Shown here piece after piece: positions 21,524-24,000 of a stretch of DNA of 24,000 nt (the first letter of the stretch is position 1; every line of letters begins with the position of its first letter). Made by a program: the position numbers and the translations under genes. Source of the DNA: Gallibacterium genomosp. 1 (GTDB lineage: Bacteria; Pseudomonadota; Gammaproteobacteria; Enterobacterales; Pasteurellaceae); contig NZ_JPXX01000025.1 in NCBI RefSeq assembly GCF_000771875.1, forward strand, positions 31,633 to 55,632, in the 5' to 3' direction. Under the pieces are notes generated by a model that was not told the DNA's origin, searched no databases, and was given only the letters and a program-made list of their open reading frames with translations.

Positions 21524-21865
21524 TTAATGGAAATAGCCTAATAACATCGCGACAATAAAACTAATTAATGCAGGTAAAATGAATTTATTTTGTGGATTTT
21601 GTCGTTTAAATGCTTTTGCTGCCAAAATAATATATAACACCAAAGCAATAAATTTAATTATTAACCAATTCATTAATGGAAATTGAAAAAAGAGTAGAAA
21701 AGAAAGACCACTCAATAGCAAAACAGTATCAATAATATGCGGTAAAACACGTAACAATTTATATTGACGCCAATCTTTTGTCTGTAATTGCAAGCCACCA
21801 CGAATCACGAACAGAATTAAACTTAACCAAGCACTAAATAAATGTAGGTAAATGAATGTTTTCAT
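21524..21865 (-). CDS. SirB2 / YchQ family small inner-membrane protein
   Basis: About 113 aa with 4 predicted TM helices. PHIIDTVLLLSG resembles the YchQ/SirB2 motif. I prefer the start at ATG 21865 (MKTFIYLHL...), because the upstream ATG at 21880 lies inside the stem of the cstA terminator hairpin. Confidence 0.65.
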   Translation of the reverse strand: MKTFIYLHLFSAWLSLILFVIRGGLQLQTKDWRQYKLLRVLPHIIDTVLLLSGLSFLLFFQFPLMNWLIIKFIALVLYIILAAKAFKRQNPQNKFILPALISFIVAMLLGYFH

Positions 21866-21902
21866 AACAAAAATAGCCATCTATAAAAGTAGATGGCTAT
21901 TT
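21866..21902 (-). terminator. Intrinsic terminator downstream of cstA
   Basis: A perfect 13-bp inverted repeat AAATAGCCATCTA (21871..21883) / TAGATGGCTATTT (21890..21902) with a 6-nt loop, lying 29 nt after the cstA stop. On the minus strand the stem runs into UAUUUUUGUU. Confidence 0.75.
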
Positions 21903-21930
21903 TGCATAATCAATTAATTAAAATCAATAA

Positions 21931-23427
21931 TTAAGCAGAGGTAACCTCTGAATCGGGATCTCCATTAGCAATTGGTTTTAATAACAAGAAGAAAGCAACA
22001 ACAGCTATTACTGTCATAGCAACACCTAACCATACTGCCACAGTATAATCTAAGCCAAAGCCAATTTTCGCATATGCTAAATAAGTTGCCGAAACCATTG
22101 TCATAAATATAGCCGGTATAGTACAAATCCAATGAAATTTCTTATAACGATAGAGATATGCCCCAGCTGTCCATAACATCACCATTGCCGTAGTTTGGTT
22201 TGCCCAACCAAAATAACGCCAAATCACTTGGAAATCTACTTTAGAGATAATGAATCCTATAACGAATAATGGAATAGCAATAATTAATCGTTTAACTAAA
22301 TGGCGCTGATCCATTTTGAAAAATTCAGCGATAATTAATCGAGCTGCACGGAAAGAAGTATCCCCAGAAGTAATTGGCAACACTACTACACCAAGTACTG
22401 CTAAGAAACCACCAAACATACCTAGCATAGTTGTTGCTGATTCATAAACTACTTGTGCCGGTGTTCCAGCTTTAATCGCTTCATTCATTAATTCAGGGCT
22501 ATCATAGAAAGTTAAACCTACTGCACACCAAATAAGAGCAATAATACCCTCACCGATCATCGCACCATAGAATACAAACCTTCCTTCTTTTTCGTTTTCC
22601 ATACAACGCGCCATTAATGGTGATTGTGTAGCGTGGAAACCTGAAACTGCACCGCAAGCAATAGTTACAAATAATAATGGCCAAAGTGGTAAACCTGATG
22701 GATTAAGATTTTTAAAGAAATCCGTTAATGATATATCTCCGCCAAAGGAATGGAACAAAGGTTTGCCTTCAACTAATAATGCAATGAACATTCCTGCAGA
22801 CATAAATAACAATAAAGCACCGAATAATGGGTAGATTCGACCAATAATTTTATCTACCGGCACAAGTGTGGCTACAATATAGTAGGCAAAAATAATTAAT
22901 GTCCAAATAGCTAAAGTTGAACTTTTATCAAAAGAAACATCAAAGAAACGTGGTAATTCATTAACTGTAAGGTTAGTCAATAAATTAGCAGGTGAAGTAA
23001 CAAATACCACCCCTACTAATACCAACAACAGCAGTGCCAAGATATTCATAAAATGCTTGGCTGGTTGTCCTAAATACTTACCGGCTAAATTAGGCACGGA
23101 AGCACCACCATTACGCACACTCAACATACCACTAAAATAATCGTGTACTGCTCCAGCAAAAATACAACCAAAAACAATCCATAACATTGCTACTGGCCCG
23201 TATAATGCACCAAGTATTGGTCCAAAAATTGGCCCAGTCCCTGCAATATTTAATAATTGAATTAACCAAATTTTGCCTTTAGACATAGGAACATAGTCAA
23301 CACCATCTGCCATTAAATGTGCTGGCGTTTCACGTTTAGGATTAATCTTAAAAACTTTCTCTACGATAGATCCATAAATAAAATAGCCAGCTATTAATAA
23401 AGCAACTGCAATAATGAACCACAACAT
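21931..23427 (-). CDS. cstA: Carbon starvation protein A family transporter (short form, ~500 aa)
   Basis: 498-aa polytopic membrane protein. The N-terminal region (DGVDYVP....LIQLLNIAGTGPIFGPILGA) aligns with the conserved CstA motif (DYVPT..V.FGHHFAAIAGAGPLVGPVLAA in E. coli). It is shorter than the 701-aa E. coli CstA, so it is a family member rather than a strict orthologue. Confidence 0.85.
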   Translation of the reverse strand: MLWFIIAVALLIAGYFIYGSIVEKVFKINPKRETPAHLMADGVDYVPMSKGKIWLIQLLNIAGTGPIFGPILGALYGPVAMLWIVFGCIFAGAVHDYFSGMLSVRNGGASVPNLAGKYLGQPAKHFMNILALLLLVLVGVVFVTSPANLLTNLTVNELPRFFDVSFDKSSTLAIWTLIIFAYYIVATLVPVDKIIGRIYPLFGALLLFMSAGMFIALLVEGKPLFHSFGGDISLTDFFKNLNPSGLPLWPLLFVTIACGAVSGFHATQSPLMARCMENEKEGRFVFYGAMIGEGIIALIWCAVGLTFYDSPELMNEAIKAGTPAQVVYESATTMLGMFGGFLAVLGVVVLPITSGDTSFRAARLIIAEFFKMDQRHLVKRLIIAIPLFVIGFIISKVDFQVIWRYFGWANQTTAMVMLWTAGAYLYRYKKFHWICTIPAIFMTMVSATYLAYAKIGFGLDYTVAVWLGVAMTVIAVVAFFLLLKPIANGDPDSEVTSA

Positions 23428-23506
23428 AATTTCACCTTTAACAATAGTTGTTCAAAACGGACAAATTCTAGCAAAAGCCTTAACTTATTGTTAAAAATTT
23501 CTGTAA

Positions 23507-23528
23507 AGATGTGATTAATATCACAACA
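23507..23528 (-). promoter_or_regulatory. CRP (cAMP receptor protein) binding site upstream of cstA
   Basis: A perfect consensus core TGTGA-TTAATA-TCACA at 23510..23525, centred about 90 bp upstream of the cstA ATG. A TAGAAT -10-like hexamer (minus strand, 23470..23465) lies about 50 bp downstream of the box centre. E. coli cstA is known to be CRP-cAMP dependent. Confidence 0.7.
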
Positions 23529-23600
23529 ATCTGCTTTATATGATGAAATTTTTATCATCTATAACTAAAAATAGGTATAAATTTTAGTCTAAAAAGTAAT

Positions 23601-24000
23601 CTAAATGTTAAAGCGATAGATAATCTGATTAGCTGAACCTCGCCAAACTAAACTTGGGTCTGCCTGTTCTTGTATAAATTTACCATCAATCAAAACATCA
23701 ATATAATGTAACATTTCTCGCTGTTGTTGATTTAATTCGTTTAAACGATATCCTGTCCAACACCAAATATCTTTCCCTTTACACTCCGTTTTTATTCGTT
23801 TCACTAACGGTAATAATCTTTCAACGTTTTTCGGATGCAATGGATCACCACCGGAAAGCGATAAACCTTGACGACGAACACGTGTATCCTGTAAATCTCG
23901 AATAATCTGCTCTTCCATTGCATCAGTAAAAGGCACACCGGCATCAAATGACCAACTTTTTTGGTTATAACAGCCACGACACTGGTGAGTGCAACCGGCA
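23601..24000 (-). CDS. nrdG: Anaerobic ribonucleoside-triphosphate reductase activating protein NrdG (5' end outside window)
   Basis: The frame stays open to the window edge. Its translation ...AGCTHQCRGCYNQKSWSFDAGVPFTDAMEEQIIRDLQDTRVRRQGLSLSGGDPLHP...WCWTGY... contains the radical-SAM CX3CX2C motif and is colinear with E. coli NrdG. The ORF-track M at 23936 is an internal GTG (Val). Confidence 0.9.
   Translation of the reverse strand, partial: AGCTHQCRGCYNQKSWSFDAGVPFTDAMEEQIIRDLQDTRVRRQGLSLSGGDPLHPKNVERLLPLVKRIKTECKGKDIWCWTGYRLNELNQQQREMLHYIDVLIDGKFIQEQADPSLVWRGSANQIIYRFNI

Noticed and set aside
23537-23563. AT-rich inverted repeat TATATGATGA / TCATCTATA downstream of nrdG, considered as a possible nrdG terminator.
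   Set aside because: It has only 9 bp with a bulge, is entirely AT-rich apart from two G-C pairs, and is not followed by a U-tract on the nrdG strand.

Overview
This is a dense, AT-rich stretch of core chromosome from a gammaproteobacterium. Gene content and local gene order resemble Pasteurellaceae or close relatives and, in blocks, E. coli. By eye I found no canonical Hin-type (AAGTGCGGT) or Apl-type (ACAAGCGGT) uptake signal sequences, so I leave the genus open.

I can account for 26 protein-coding genes, one of them cut by the right edge. All have recognisable housekeeping orthologues:
- Minus strand, 27..12408: ybaB, dnaX, apt, an lpxM-like late acyltransferase, yfcA, mepA, aroC, mscK, menE, seqA.
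- Plus strand, 12584..14903: ybfF, ybfE, fldA, fur.
- Minus strand, 14975..24000: mog, a DUF606/YdcZ-like membrane protein, glnB, rlmC, nagZ, a thiK-like kinase, the ycfL lipoprotein, epmA, yjjV (TatD family), a sirB2/ychQ-like protein, a short-form cstA, nrdG (partial).

Intergenic space is minimal (the longest gaps are about 110-175 bp) and several stop/start codons overlap. I see no tRNA, rRNA, CRISPR, IS/transposase, integrase, prophage, toxin-antitoxin or recognisable defence genes. By eye there is no compositional island. I therefore do not find evidence for a new multi-gene system here.

The observations most worth a second look are:
1. An E. coli-like recoding cassette inside dnaX: an A10G slippery run, an immediate -1 frame UGA and an adjacent hairpin.
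2. glnB (PII) translationally coupled to an uncharacterised DUF606 membrane protein.
3. A perfect CRP palindrome upstream of the short-form cstA.
4. A LexA-box-like element inside a long imperfect hairpin upstream of ybfE.

Several ORF-track starts appear over-extended or non-ATG, and I have revised them from homology and ribosome-binding-site context.
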